In this document: in pieces, positions 20,459 to 29,832 of the stretch | Layout of the letters: every line of letters begins with the position of its first letter | Position numbering within the stretch: position 1 is the first letter of the stretch | Virus record (IMG/VR): IMGVR_UViG_3300043465_002420 | Origin: a virus | Length of the DNA stretch: 64,000 nt | Direction: 5' to 3' (one strand) | Position numbers and translations under genes: made by a program | The notes under the pieces: model-generated | Told to the model about the DNA's origin: nothing | Database searches by the model: none | Seen by the model: the letters and a program-made list of their open reading frames with translations, nothing else

Positions 20459-21496
20459 ATGAAATACATAACACACATAGGTCGCAAATTTTTAAGGAAT
20501 GGTGGTGCTGAAATCCTTTTAAGAAGCATTTCATCACATGAGATGTTTCAAGGCGATTTGCAATTCAGACAAAGTTTATGCATCGATAGAAATTTTTATG
20601 ATAAAGAATTTTGCGAAACATTTCCTCATCCTGTATATCTTGGTGGAAAAAACGAAATAACTAAAGCAATTGAAAATGAAGATATAATTTTATTTTGGGG
20701 AGACATCCAATTAAATAATCTAGATATTCCAAAACCAAAAGTTTGCATATTGTTCGTGTGCAGCGAAGAGCCTAATATAGTTTCCAATAATTCAAGCTAT
20801 ATTACACATTGCATTGCGACATCAAAGAGAACGGCACTTAATTCGTGTGGCAATATACCATATACAGTAATTTACCCTGGATTTGATGAAATAAGACTAA
20901 CGCCAACAGAAACTAGAGATTCGCAAAGAAAAAAAATGGGTCTTGGCGATGATGATTTTTTAGTTGGTATGATTTCAAGAATTGGAGAAAACAAAAGACA
21001 ATTTTGGCTTATGGAGGCAATTCAAAAAATAAATTCAGAAAAAATAAAAGCAGTTTTTGTTGGTGGAGGAAAAGATTTAAAAAAACTTAAAAATATGAAT
21101 GTAAGAAATTGTTTGTTTGTCGGTCATCAAGATGATGTTGCAAATTGGTATCTGGCCATGGATGCTTTTTGTATATTGTCAAGAAGTGAAGGAGGGCCAA
21201 CAACCTTATTCGAATCATCTTATATGAAAGTTCCGTTGATATATACAGATTGCGGATTTACAAAAGAATTGTGCAATAGTTACAATTCTTTCTTTGTAAG
21301 AGATGTTAAAGATTTAATAGAAGTTATAAAAATCATGCATTCATTAGGAAAAGAAAATTTAAAAAGATATACAAATAATAATTATAGCATATATGAAGAG
21401 TTTGGATCTATAGAAAAATCGGCCAAAAATTGGTACAAAACAATTAAAGATGTAGTGGCAAAAAAAGAAAGGGAAAATTGCAGATTACTTTCATAA
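20459..21496 (+). CDS. Glycosyltransferase family 4
   Basis: GMISRIGENK, FVGHQDDV, MDAFCILSRSEGGPTTLFES (EX7E). Confidence 0.9.
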   Translation: MKYITHIGRKFLRNGGAEILLRSISSHEMFQGDLQFRQSLCIDRNFYDKEFCETFPHPVYLGGKNEITKAIENEDIILFWGDIQLNNLDIPKPKVCILFVCSEEPNIVSNNSSYITHCIATSKRTALNSCGNIPYTVIYPGFDEIRLTPTETRDSQRKKMGLGDDDFLVGMISRIGENKRQFWLMEAIQKINSEKIKAVFVGGGKDLKKLKNMNVRNCLFVGHQDDVANWYLAMDAFCILSRSEGGPTTLFESSYMKVPLIYTDCGFTKELCNSYNSFFVRDVKDLIEVIKIMHSLGKENLKRYTNNNYSIYEEFGSIEKSAKNWYKTIKDVVAKKERENCRLLS

Positions 21497-22108
21497 TCCA
21501 ATTCTTTTTATTCTTTTTAAATTTTTAATGTTAGAAGAACTTTTTTCATAATCTTGTTTGATCAGATCCATAAATTTTTCTTTTAAATTTTCTGGTATAG
21601 ACATTAAAATCTTATCAATTAATTTATAATCGATGTAAAAAGTTCCTAACTTTACAAGTCCAAACTCACTAGAAAACCTTTTGTAAAAATCATGATACAT
21701 AATTTTCAAAGATGCAAATTCAGTGCTAAATTCTAAAGCAACAGGATTTTCCTTGTCTATTACAGTCTTTATTGACTTCAAGGCTTCTGAATATACTTTA
21801 TATGGATTCATGCTTTTTCCACTAGGAGAAAGTTCATCTTTAGCACCTTCTAATGTCATAAAAACAACATAGGTTGGTCTTGTTAATTCGTCTTTAAATT
21901 TGTTTTCATATTTGAATAAGTCTGGCATTTTTTGGAATAGAAAGTCTTTGACTCCTCTTGGATGCCTTATAAAATTCATTTTATATTTTTCATTTTCAGA
22001 AGCATAGAAATGGTAGTCGTATTGCCATTTACTTCCTTGCAATGCCACTGGCTTGAAATCTGATAAAACAGACCGCAATTCATTTATATATTGATAAAAC
22101 GATTTCAT
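21491..22108 (-). CDS. Hypothetical protein, paralog family A, capsid-targeting-like N-terminus
   Basis: Start re-called at MKSFYQYINE; NPYKVY...NP...MYHDFYKRF. Confidence 0.7.
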   Translation of the reverse strand: MKSFYQYINELRSVLSDFKPVALQGSKWQYDYHFYASENEKYKMNFIRHPRGVKDFLFQKMPDLFKYENKFKDELTRPTYVVFMTLEGAKDELSPSGKSMNPYKVYSEALKSIKTVIDKENPVALEFSTEFASLKIMYHDFYKRFSSEFGLVKLGTFYIDYKLIDKILMSIPENLKEKFMDLIKQDYEKSSSNIKNLKRIKRIGL

Positions 22109-22150
22109 GAATGTATATATATTTAACCAAGGCATTCTCAAGAGGTTATA

Positions 22151-22540
22151 ATGAAAAGTATTAATGAATTTAAGGCAAGCGGAAAAATTAAAGACTTAGT
22201 TTATAAATTATTTGAAGCAAGACAAGTCTCTCATACTGCTCATTTACAAACAAAAAGTTATGCCGAACATAAAGCTTTAAATTCTTTTTACAACGACCTA
22301 CTTGATTTAGCAGATACATTCATTGAAACATACCAAGGCCAATATGGAATTATTAGTGGGTATGAAAGCATGAGTATTGAAAAAGAATCAGATATTGTCA
22401 AATACCTTGAAGATTTTGCCAATGTAATCAAATCGAATAGAAAAAACTTAAATGAAGATGACACTCATTTGCATAATATACTTGATGAGATTATGGGTTT
22501 GACTTTTCAAACTATTTACAAATTAAAATTTCTAAAATAA
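22151..22540 (+). CDS. Ferritin/Dps-like four-helix-bundle protein (phage DUF5856-like)
   Basis: HTAHLQTKSYAEHKALNSFYNDL..LADTFIETYQG...LHNILDEI; GAGG SD. Confidence 0.8.
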   Translation: MKSINEFKASGKIKDLVYKLFEARQVSHTAHLQTKSYAEHKALNSFYNDLLDLADTFIETYQGQYGIISGYESMSIEKESDIVKYLEDFANVIKSNRKNLNEDDTHLHNILDEIMGLTFQTIYKLKFLK

Positions 22541-22541
22541 A

Positions 22542-23300
22542 TTATGATATTGAAGATGCTTTATTTTTATGAGACATTTTAAATTTTCTTATTTTAGAAA
22601 CATAAGATTTCTTTTCTAAATCTACATCTTGTATTATTTTAATGAGTTTATCTGGTAAAGATTGATCTATTTTTCTTGAATCTCTTATTATGCTATCAAT
22701 TTTTTCTTTCTTTATATAAAAGTCAGATCCAACAAAAGCGTATTGGGTGTGAAGATAATGTTTGTAAAATCTATCATATATTGATATTAAGCTTGGGTCT
22801 TGATCACTGGGAGATATCCAAAACGCATCAGGATTCTTTTCCTCGATAACCTTTCTGGTTGCAACAATCACATTGGCATATACAAATAATGGATCGCTTT
22901 CTTCAAATTTACCAAATTTTGGAGTAAAATTACTTTTTTCGCTATATAAATCTAATTTGAAAATTGATTTTAGATTATTTAAAAATATATCAATAATTTT
23001 TTTACCTAAATCAGAATTCTTATCGATTGAAAGTTTTGCGAGAAATATCTTAGCAATTTCAGCCGATAATCTTCTGCCGAAATTTTCAAATTGAACTTCA
23101 TAATTGTCAGAATGCTCAATATCATATTCTTTTGATTTAAATTGATATCCAAAACCAGTACCAAAATTAGACAACTTGACAGAATTAAGTGGTGCTTGCA
23201 TCGCTGGATATGTTTTCCCAGTTATGGGATCAGTCCAATTAAACGAAACTTCTTGCAACAAATCTTCAATAAGGTAATTTTTAAAATTCAATTTGAACAT
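22542..23300 (-). CDS. Hypothetical protein, paralog family A, capsid-targeting-like N-terminus
   Basis: MFKLNFKNYLIE; DPLFVY...NP...IYDRFYKHY. Confidence 0.7.
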   Translation of the reverse strand: MFKLNFKNYLIEDLLQEVSFNWTDPITGKTYPAMQAPLNSVKLSNFGTGFGYQFKSKEYDIEHSDNYEVQFENFGRRLSAEIAKIFLAKLSIDKNSDLGKKIIDIFLNNLKSIFKLDLYSEKSNFTPKFGKFEESDPLFVYANVIVATRKVIEEKNPDAFWISPSDQDPSLISIYDRFYKHYLHTQYAFVGSDFYIKKEKIDSIIRDSRKIDQSLPDKLIKIIQDVDLEKKSYVSKIRKFKMSHKNKASSIS

Positions 23301-23303
23301 ACA

Positions 23304-23828
23304 TTATTTATCTAATATTTTGTATTTTTCTTGCAAATAAGCAAGCAATTCTTTTTGTTCTTCATCCAAAGTCTTATTTTTGTCGAAAAGTATTTCATAT
23401 CTTTTCTGCATTTCTTGGAATGTTTCTCTTTTTTTCTTAATTGGAAATTCAGTTTTATAGTATTGGATATCATCTGCTATATCAATGGAATCTAAAAAGG
23501 CACTATAATCTACGGCAAAACCTATTCTTTTTTCAGAATATTTAAGAACTTTCATATCAACATTTTTAGTTGGTATCTTTCTAATTTCTGCAATAGTGTA
23601 TTTAATTTCATTAGTTGCAATTGATGGTTTTGAATTTGTCTTTTTATTGAATTCATGGATCAAATCATTGAATTTAATCCAATAATTTTTAGTTGAAACC
23701 TCAACAGCAATAGGGTTTTCAATTTTATCTTGCGACAACAATAGAAATATAACTGAAAATAAAGAACACATAATAATTCTCCTTGAGTTTGTTTTCATAA
23801 GAATAATTTGATTTGTTTCATTTGTCAA
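23304..23828 (-). CDS. Hypothetical protein with N-terminal signal or TM segment
   Basis: 174 aa ORF with hydrophobic N-terminus. Confidence 0.55.
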   Translation of the reverse strand: MTNETNQIILMKTNSRRIIMCSLFSVIFLLLSQDKIENPIAVEVSTKNYWIKFNDLIHEFNKKTNSKPSIATNEIKYTIAEIRKIPTKNVDMKVLKYSEKRIGFAVDYSAFLDSIDIADDIQYYKTEFPIKKKRETFQEMQKRYEILFDKNKTLDEEQKELLAYLQEKYKILDK

Positions 23829-23886
23829 TCGATCTTGCTTTAATATTAGAAATGATTTAAAATCTCTTCATTCAAAGGAGAAAATT

Positions 23887-24405
23887 ATGAATGAACTTGA
23901 AAATCCAGTGGCATTAGGAGTCACAATAACTCTTGATCCAACCGAACAGTTAATCTGCAAGGCTATCGCCAAAAAAAGATATCAAAATTCAAGAAGTATG
24001 AATGTCAAAAACTCTAAAATTGGCGATCAATCTAATGAGCAGACTGATCTTGAAGGAGTTTCATCTGAATTGGCGTTTTGTAAGATGTTCAATGTATATC
24101 CCGATCTAACTGCACAAGTAAAATCTTCAATAGATGGTACAGATCAAGGCGATGCTGTGCTGCGTGATGGAAGAACTGTCGATGTAAAAAGCACAAGATA
24201 TTTAACAGGAAGACTACTTGCTGTGAGATGGAAGAAACAAAATGTCGATTTGTTCGCTTTGATGATAGGAACTTTCCCAACATATACATTTAAAGGATTT
24301 ATGAAAAGTGAAGAGCTTTTAAAAGAAGAAAGAATGGGTAATTTAGGTCACGGAAATAGCTACATAGCACAACAGCATGAACTTAAAGATCTTGAAAATA
24401 TTTAA
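23887..24405 (+). CDS. PD-(D/E)XK nuclease-like protein
   Basis: SELAF...DQGDAVL...TVDVKST; AAGGAG SD. Confidence 0.5.
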   Translation: MNELENPVALGVTITLDPTEQLICKAIAKKRYQNSRSMNVKNSKIGDQSNEQTDLEGVSSELAFCKMFNVYPDLTAQVKSSIDGTDQGDAVLRDGRTVDVKSTRYLTGRLLAVRWKKQNVDLFALMIGTFPTYTFKGFMKSEELLKEERMGNLGHGNSYIAQQHELKDLENI

Positions 24406-24417
24406 AATAGGAGTCGA

Positions 24418-24918
24418 ATTATCAATAGTTTATTTAAAATTTCTTTTTTTTTTACATTATTTTTATGTGGTTGCCCAAAAACAACTAATGATAATTCAAA
24501 TAAAATAAAGCAAAATCCTGTAGAAGAAAAACCTAGTCAAAATATAGATTATAAAAATGAATATTCCGAATCAAATCTAAAGCTCTTAAAGCTGCATAAT
24601 AAACAAAGAGAGTACAAAGGCAGGGTTGGATTAGATTTAGATAAAACTCTTATAAATTACGCACAAAAGCATGCTGAATGGATGGCTAAAAAAAACAACC
24701 TTACTCATTCTGATATATCTGTTTTAATGGGTAAATATCATACTGCTGGTGAAAACATAGCTTGGAATCAAGAAGACGAGGATGAAGTGACAAATTCATG
24801 GATGAATTCTTCTGGTCATCGTGCAAATATCCTGAATAGAAGTTTTTCCAAAGTTGGATTTGGTGTCGCATCAGCAAAAGATGGAAGTCTATATTGGTGT
24901 ACTGTTTTTGGTGACTGA
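24418..24918 (+). CDS. CAP/SCP-domain lipoprotein; apparent non-canonical ATT start
   Basis: The frame is open from 24406 to 24918. AGGAG at 24409-24413 precedes ATT; signal peptide with LCGC lipobox; LHNKQR, AQKHAEWM, GENIA, WMNSSGHRANIL. Confidence 0.8.
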   Translation: MINSLFKISFFFTLFLCGCPKTTNDNSNKIKQNPVEEKPSQNIDYKNEYSESNLKLLKLHNKQREYKGRVGLDLDKTLINYAQKHAEWMAKKNNLTHSDISVLMGKYHTAGENIAWNQEDEDEVTNSWMNSSGHRANILNRSFSKVGFGVASAKDGSLYWCTVFGD

Positions 24919-25347
24919 TTCCATTTTTAAATATAAATTCTTAGGTGGTTCTTTGTAATAAAACTTTATATAAGGACAAATCCAAGCCCCTTGATCAGAC
25001 ATCATACCTTTGAGATTTTCCTCATGGACATCATAAAGCCAACCATCATACAATGGCTCTTTGTAAATCATTTTAACATCACATGATGGAAAATAATTAT
25101 CTGATACCAAAAGAATAAAGCCATTTTTATAATCTGATAATTTTTTAAGCTTGCATCCTATATTTATCAATCTGTCTGTTCCAACAACCACTGGAGATAA
25201 TGCCATATCTGTAATTTGTGCTGGTGCAAAATCATAAAATTCTCCATTTTTTTCAAACATCCATCTATTGTCTCTTTTCAAAACAAAGAATGTTCTTACT
25301 CCAATTTTTTCGTAATCACTATTATCAAATTCATTTAAAACACTCAT
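24889..25347 (-). CDS. Hypothetical protein
   Basis: 152 aa; part of a tightly coupled minus-strand run. Confidence 0.6.
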   Translation of the reverse strand: MSVLNEFDNSDYEKIGVRTFFVLKRDNRWMFEKNGEFYDFAPAQITDMALSPVVVGTDRLINIGCKLKKLSDYKNGFILLVSDNYFPSCDVKMIYKEPLYDGWLYDVHEENLKGMMSDQGAWICPYIKFYYKEPPKNLYLKMESVTKNSTPI

Positions 25348-25781
25348 TAGCAGTCCTTAAATTTGTTTTGTGTTATCTTTATTTTTTCAATATCTTTAGC
25401 TGGTCTAGAAAAAACTTTCAGAACCACTTCTTCTTTTCTATAATTGAGTACAAATATAATCATATCGCACTCTAAAGATTTACTTTTAGATGCGTATAAA
25501 ATATTATGAATTTCAATCTTTTTTGATATTAGATTCTCGATACAACCAGCAACATCGAAGGCAAAATTGTAATAGAATGTTTTGCCATCTCTTGCTCCTC
25601 CAACAATTTCATTTCTCGATGGACAAGCAAGCAATTCTATCCTTTTCGTATCTTCGTCAAAGGTTACTTTGGTGTGAATATTAGTTTCCATATCAGATTC
25701 TTTTCTTTTTGCCTCTCCTATATAGCACCAATTGATGTATACGCTTTCAAATATTTTTTTATATATTGGTTTAATTTTCAT
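25347..25781 (-). CDS. Hypothetical protein
   Basis: 144 aa; 1-nt stop/start overlaps. Confidence 0.6.
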   Translation of the reverse strand: MKIKPIYKKIFESVYINWCYIGEAKRKESDMETNIHTKVTFDEDTKRIELLACPSRNEIVGGARDGKTFYYNFAFDVAGCIENLISKKIEIHNILYASKSKSLECDMIIFVLNYRKEEVVLKVFSRPAKDIEKIKITQNKFKDC

Positions 25782-25981
25782 TAATTGTACCCTGCCTTTT
25801 TGTCTATTTCGATAATCATCTTCAATACTTTTTCTACCTCACTAAGCATCTCTGCTTTAGTTCCGTAGAATCTAAAATCTCCAAAATCATGGGCAACATC
25901 CCAAGGATAATTGGGTGACAACCTCTCTGCTTCGACATGAACACCATCTGAGGTATCAAAAATTATTTTTTTCATTTTCAT
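25781..25981 (-). CDS. Small hypothetical protein
   Basis: Start re-called at MKMKKIIF. Confidence 0.55.
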   Translation of the reverse strand: MKMKKIIFDTSDGVHVEAERLSPNYPWDVAHDFGDFRFYGTKAEMLSEVEKVLKMIIEIDKKAGYN

Positions 25982-25985
25982 TTCT

Positions 25986-26180
25986 CTAAAAGGGTAATTC
26001 GTCAATTGTAAAAAACTTTGGAGGAACAACTTTGTATTCTTCTCCTATAAAATCAAGTATTTGTTGCTTTCTTTCATCTGGTAAAAAATCAAAAGTTAAT
26101 GCCAACAAATCAATAGCTACATTAACTTCATCTTCTTCATTTGATGATGCTGATTTTATAATAGAATTTAAAAAATTCAT
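25986..26180 (-). CDS. Small hypothetical protein
   Basis: Start re-called at MNFLNSII. Confidence 0.5.
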   Translation of the reverse strand: MNFLNSIIKSASSNEEDEVNVAIDLLALTFDFLPDERKQQILDFIGEEYKVVPPKFFTIDELPF

Positions 26181-26276
26181 AATCTTCTTTTTGATTTCAA
26201 GATTATTTTTTTTCACAGTATAAACTCCATAATTATACCATACCAACATTTCACGAACAGTAAAGAAGACTAATAG

Positions 26277-27125
26277 TCACCAAGAATAAAAATCAGATTT
26301 ATACAAATCAAAATTAAAATCAAATATTTTCCTTTGCAAGTTTTCGGCAAAGTGTTCTGGACTTATAATGACATTAATATCGCAATTTTTAATATTTTCT
26401 TTAACAATGCTAGTCACACCATCAATAAACTTTACAGTTCCAAGAAGTGGCATTGTTTCTAAAAGTTGCAAAAAGCATTCATCAGAAATTAATTTGTTAA
26501 CTAAAAGATATTTGCATAATTTTTTCATTTTCGTTGAAGCGTCACACCAATCAGGGTGTTTTGCCGAAATCAAGTCAATGATAAACAAATCATATTTGGA
26601 AGACACGAAAGAATAAACACTTCTAATATTGTGCAAATACTGTCTATCTTCGCTGAATCCAATACGGTTCAAAAAAGCAGAGTCATCTTGGTCTTCTGGC
26701 TTTGATTTTATAATACTTTGTATTAACAACCATGAATTCTTATTTTCCAGATTGATTGGAGATTCATCATTCCAAGTTATTTTGTAATCACTATCGCATT
26801 TATAATCAAAGCATTTTCCATCAAATGAATTGTCGTTATAAAACAAAATCGAAAATGACGAATCTTTTTTTTCTGTATTGATATTTCCATCAACACAAAT
26901 GCACACTTGATCTATTGAGGCACCAACTTTGAACAGTTTGACAATTGATGCAATCTCATAATCATTTTTAGAAAAAACAATACAAGACGGAGAACCTTTC
27001 TTTCCAAATATTAAAAAAGAAGGTGTTGAAATTGATTTAGAGTGCGATGACCAATATTCTTTAAATTTCTGGGCAAAATTAAAAATATTTTTTTCTTCCG
27101 TGAAAATAAAATCAAACATAATCAA
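26277..27125 (-). CDS. Hypothetical protein
   Basis: 282 aa ORF, coupled to the upstream gene. Confidence 0.65.
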   Translation of the reverse strand: MIMFDFIFTEEKNIFNFAQKFKEYWSSHSKSISTPSFLIFGKKGSPSCIVFSKNDYEIASIVKLFKVGASIDQVCICVDGNINTEKKDSSFSILFYNDNSFDGKCFDYKCDSDYKITWNDESPINLENKNSWLLIQSIIKSKPEDQDDSAFLNRIGFSEDRQYLHNIRSVYSFVSSKYDLFIIDLISAKHPDWCDASTKMKKLCKYLLVNKLISDECFLQLLETMPLLGTVKFIDGVTSIVKENIKNCDINVIISPEHFAENLQRKIFDFNFDLYKSDFYSW

Positions 27126-27340
27126 CTCGGTGGTACTAAGTTCTGTAACTGTAAGCCAAAAGCCATAATAGCTGGATTAGTAGATTTGCAAGCCACAATA
27201 AAATCCCCAATGTCTAAAGCCAGATTAAGATCTAAATCGACATCAACACGATGCTTAATGGAAAATGATGGATCTTTAGGCTTATTTCTATTGTCTTCAA
27301 AATCATTATTTTTTTTGGATCTAGGGTTAAATTCATTCAT
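27122..27340 (-). CDS. Small hypothetical protein
   Basis: 72 aa; overlapping start and stop with neighbours. Confidence 0.6.
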   Translation of the reverse strand: MNEFNPRSKKNNDFEDNRNKPKDPSFSIKHRVDVDLDLNLALDIGDFIVACKSTNPAIMAFGLQLQNLVPPS

Positions 27341-27656
27341 AGTTCAGACCTTTCACTGTTACATATAAAAAATCAATATTAGGAAGTTTATCCTGCAACT
27401 CTACAGGAAGTTTTATAACATTAGATTCAGTAGCATACAATATGAAATTATCATTTTTGGAAATAAGCTTAATGAACATATCGTAATTAGGAATTTTTCC
27501 CGATGATATCACTAATGAAATACCATCATTGCACACTTCCTTTGAATGTTCAATAAATATTTTAAAAATTTCAGAATCAAGTTGGATATTCCACTCAGGA
27601 AATATCCAACTATCATTCTTTCTGATGATTGGAACCACAGCTAAACTATTACTCAT
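27333..27656 (-). CDS. Hypothetical protein
   Basis: 107 aa; coupled to neighbours. Confidence 0.55.
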   Translation of the reverse strand: MSNSLAVVPIIRKNDSWIFPEWNIQLDSEIFKIFIEHSKEVCNDGISLVISSGKIPNYDMFIKLISKNDNFILYATESNVIKLPVELQDKLPNIDFLYVTVKGLNYE

Positions 27657-28593
27657 TTAAACTCCAATGTTTTTTTATTACACTTACAGCCGTTTTAAAC
27701 GCATGTGTAATGGTCATTTTTGAGTAAGGTCTTTTGGTAGAAGGATTAACCAATGATCTTGCAAGTTCTGACTTCCATCCATGCTTACCATTAAGGGAAG
27801 CGATGATACATTTACGCTCTAAATCTGATAGTGGCAAATTATCGATTTCAGAAACATTAAATGTAACTTCCGATTCATTTTGCCTTGCAACCGGATCAAA
27901 CCTTAGACCATCAGAATCATACAAGCTCTCAACCACACACTTTGTGATATGACTATTTACATTTCTTCTTTGTTTGGAGTTAAGTTTTAAATCCTCAAAA
28001 ACATCTTCTCTCGTTTTATTTGGATTTTGAAGCATATTTTGTTCAACTATATTCTTAAGCACATAATGCCTAGAAGGAGAAACTATAAGACGATTCTTAT
28101 TGATATGGTGCGATCTATATCTTGAAGCAACCCTACGCAAAAATGAAGTTATTTCTTTAGTTTCATCCGTAAAGTAATAAAGAGCAAAGATGGACTTTAG
28201 AAACAATTCTTGCATGATATCTGCATCGCCATATGACCATTTGTACAGCAAAGGAATATGTCCTTCAATAACTGCAACTTCGATAGTCTTATTTCCTAAT
28301 TCTGAGAATATTACCTTTTTAGGAATTAAGATTGTTTTGCGATCATTTTCAAATTCTGCAATTAAATTTTCTGGAATTTTATCAGTGTTTGGCTTATCGC
28401 TTAGTACTGACCATCTGAAAGCTACTTTTTCCTTACGAGGATAAAAAGATGACCATTTTTTCATTAATTCTGAGCTTTTCTTTATCTTTTCTTTTATGAA
28501 AGACTTATTTTCCTCAGAAAGAATATTATATTTGTAACTCATTGCTGCTTCAACCAACCTTTCTTGTTGTGATTGTTTACCGACTACAAACAT
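27649..28593 (-). CDS. Highly divergent sigma-70-like factor
   Basis: Region 2-like VIEGHIPLLYKWS..DIMQEL..ALYYF..ITSFLRRVASRYRSHHINKNRLIVSP; region 3-like PNKTREDVFEDL; region 4-like LSDLERKCII...SELARSL. Confidence 0.55.
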   Translation of the reverse strand: MFVVGKQSQQERLVEAAMSYKYNILSEENKSFIKEKIKKSSELMKKWSSFYPRKEKVAFRWSVLSDKPNTDKIPENLIAEFENDRKTILIPKKVIFSELGNKTIEVAVIEGHIPLLYKWSYGDADIMQELFLKSIFALYYFTDETKEITSFLRRVASRYRSHHINKNRLIVSPSRHYVLKNIVEQNMLQNPNKTREDVFEDLKLNSKQRRNVNSHITKCVVESLYDSDGLRFDPVARQNESEVTFNVSEIDNLPLSDLERKCIIASLNGKHGWKSELARSLVNPSTKRPYSKMTITHAFKTAVSVIKKHWSLNE

Positions 28594-28725
28594 AAGGTAA
28601 AAAGATTTGTCCGAAACTCAACCTGATCTTTTACCCTTACATATAGTTGTTCGTTGTTGCTGCCAATTTATTTCAAGAAATTTATCCTAATGATAAAAAT
28701 TTTTGACAAATTGATTTTAAAAACT

Positions 28726-28733
28726 TATAAATA
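28726..28733 (+). promoter_or_regulatory. T4-type late promoter TATAAATA
   Basis: Exact T4 late consensus, 5 nt before ATG 28739, no SD. Confidence 0.6.
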
Positions 28734-28738
28734 AAGCC

Positions 28739-29143
28739 ATGAACATTATTCATTTTTTTGAGTGGGAACAGCCAGATATAATAAGCTTTGACTTTGACGA
28801 TACTTTATGCTTAAAATATGGCGTTCCAAATGAAGAAATTGTTAAAATTCTCAAAAATTACCATCGTGAAGGCTGTACATGCATAATAGTAACCGCAAGG
28901 AATCATGAGCATGAATCAGAGGAATGGTGGCAAGAAAATCAACCAAATCGTACTACTATAATTAAATTCTTAAAAAAACATCAAATACCAATTGAGAAAA
29001 TATTTTTCACCAACCATGAGCCAAAAGGCCCAATTTTAAAAAAATTAAATGTAAAATTGCATTATGACGATAAAGATGAAGAATTAGAAAGTGCCAAAGA
29101 TCACGGCATAAAAACTATAAAAGTGGAATATAAGGAAGTTTAA
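28739..29143 (+). CDS. HAD-superfamily phosphatase-like protein
   Basis: SFDFDDTL motif I, IVTAR motif II, LHYDD motif IV. Confidence 0.75.
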   Translation: MNIIHFFEWEQPDIISFDFDDTLCLKYGVPNEEIVKILKNYHREGCTCIIVTARNHEHESEEWWQENQPNRTTIIKFLKKHQIPIEKIFFTNHEPKGPILKKLNVKLHYDDKDEELESAKDHGIKTIKVEYKEV

Positions 29144-29832
29144 TGGAAAGAGTAAGTTTAATTGAAGGCCAAATACCAGTAGTTATTTTTGCTCCTCATG
29201 GATTTCAAGGCAATGATGAAAACACTGCAATTATCGCAGAAAACATTGCGAGGCAAATATCTGCATTTGCGGTCATAAACAAAGGATGGGAAAGAGCAGA
29301 CACAGTTGACTGCATCAGAGATAAAGCTGATTGTAACAATGTTGATCATTGCCACACAGAAGTTGTTGATGAAGAAATACTAGAACCTATGCTTAAATTT
29401 ACAAAAAAAGCAAAAGCCCTTGGTGATACAGTTTTTCTTTATAACATTCATGGAATGAGCAATAAGCATAGAAGTAAAATAAATGATAAGATCGATATGG
29501 TCATTGGCTATGGAGAGGGCAATCCAGCAAGCTACAGTATGGATATTTGGAGAAAAGATTTCTTTATGCATAGACTTTTAAGTTTTGGAATTAATGCATA
29601 CGAAGGCAAATCTGGAGGTCCTTTTAGTGGATGGTCAAGGAACAATATGAATCAATTATTTCGCAAATGGAATTTTGACAATAGCGTACAGGCATTACAA
29701 TTAGAAATAGCACATGAATTAAGATCAGATAAAGAAATGTGCATGTTATTTAGTGATTACTTGGCTACTTGCATTAGTGATCTTATTGGTGTGACTGATT
29801 TCGTACCAGATAAAAAATATAAAAGCTATTGA
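29143..29832 (+). CDS. N-formylglutamate amidohydrolase-like Zn hydrolase
   Basis: FAPHG, NIHGM, ALQLEI. Confidence 0.6.
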   Translation: MERVSLIEGQIPVVIFAPHGFQGNDENTAIIAENIARQISAFAVINKGWERADTVDCIRDKADCNNVDHCHTEVVDEEILEPMLKFTKKAKALGDTVFLYNIHGMSNKHRSKINDKIDMVIGYGEGNPASYSMDIWRKDFFMHRLLSFGINAYEGKSGGPFSGWSRNNMNQLFRKWNFDNSVQALQLEIAHELRSDKEMCMLFSDYLATCISDLIGVTDFVPDKKYKSY

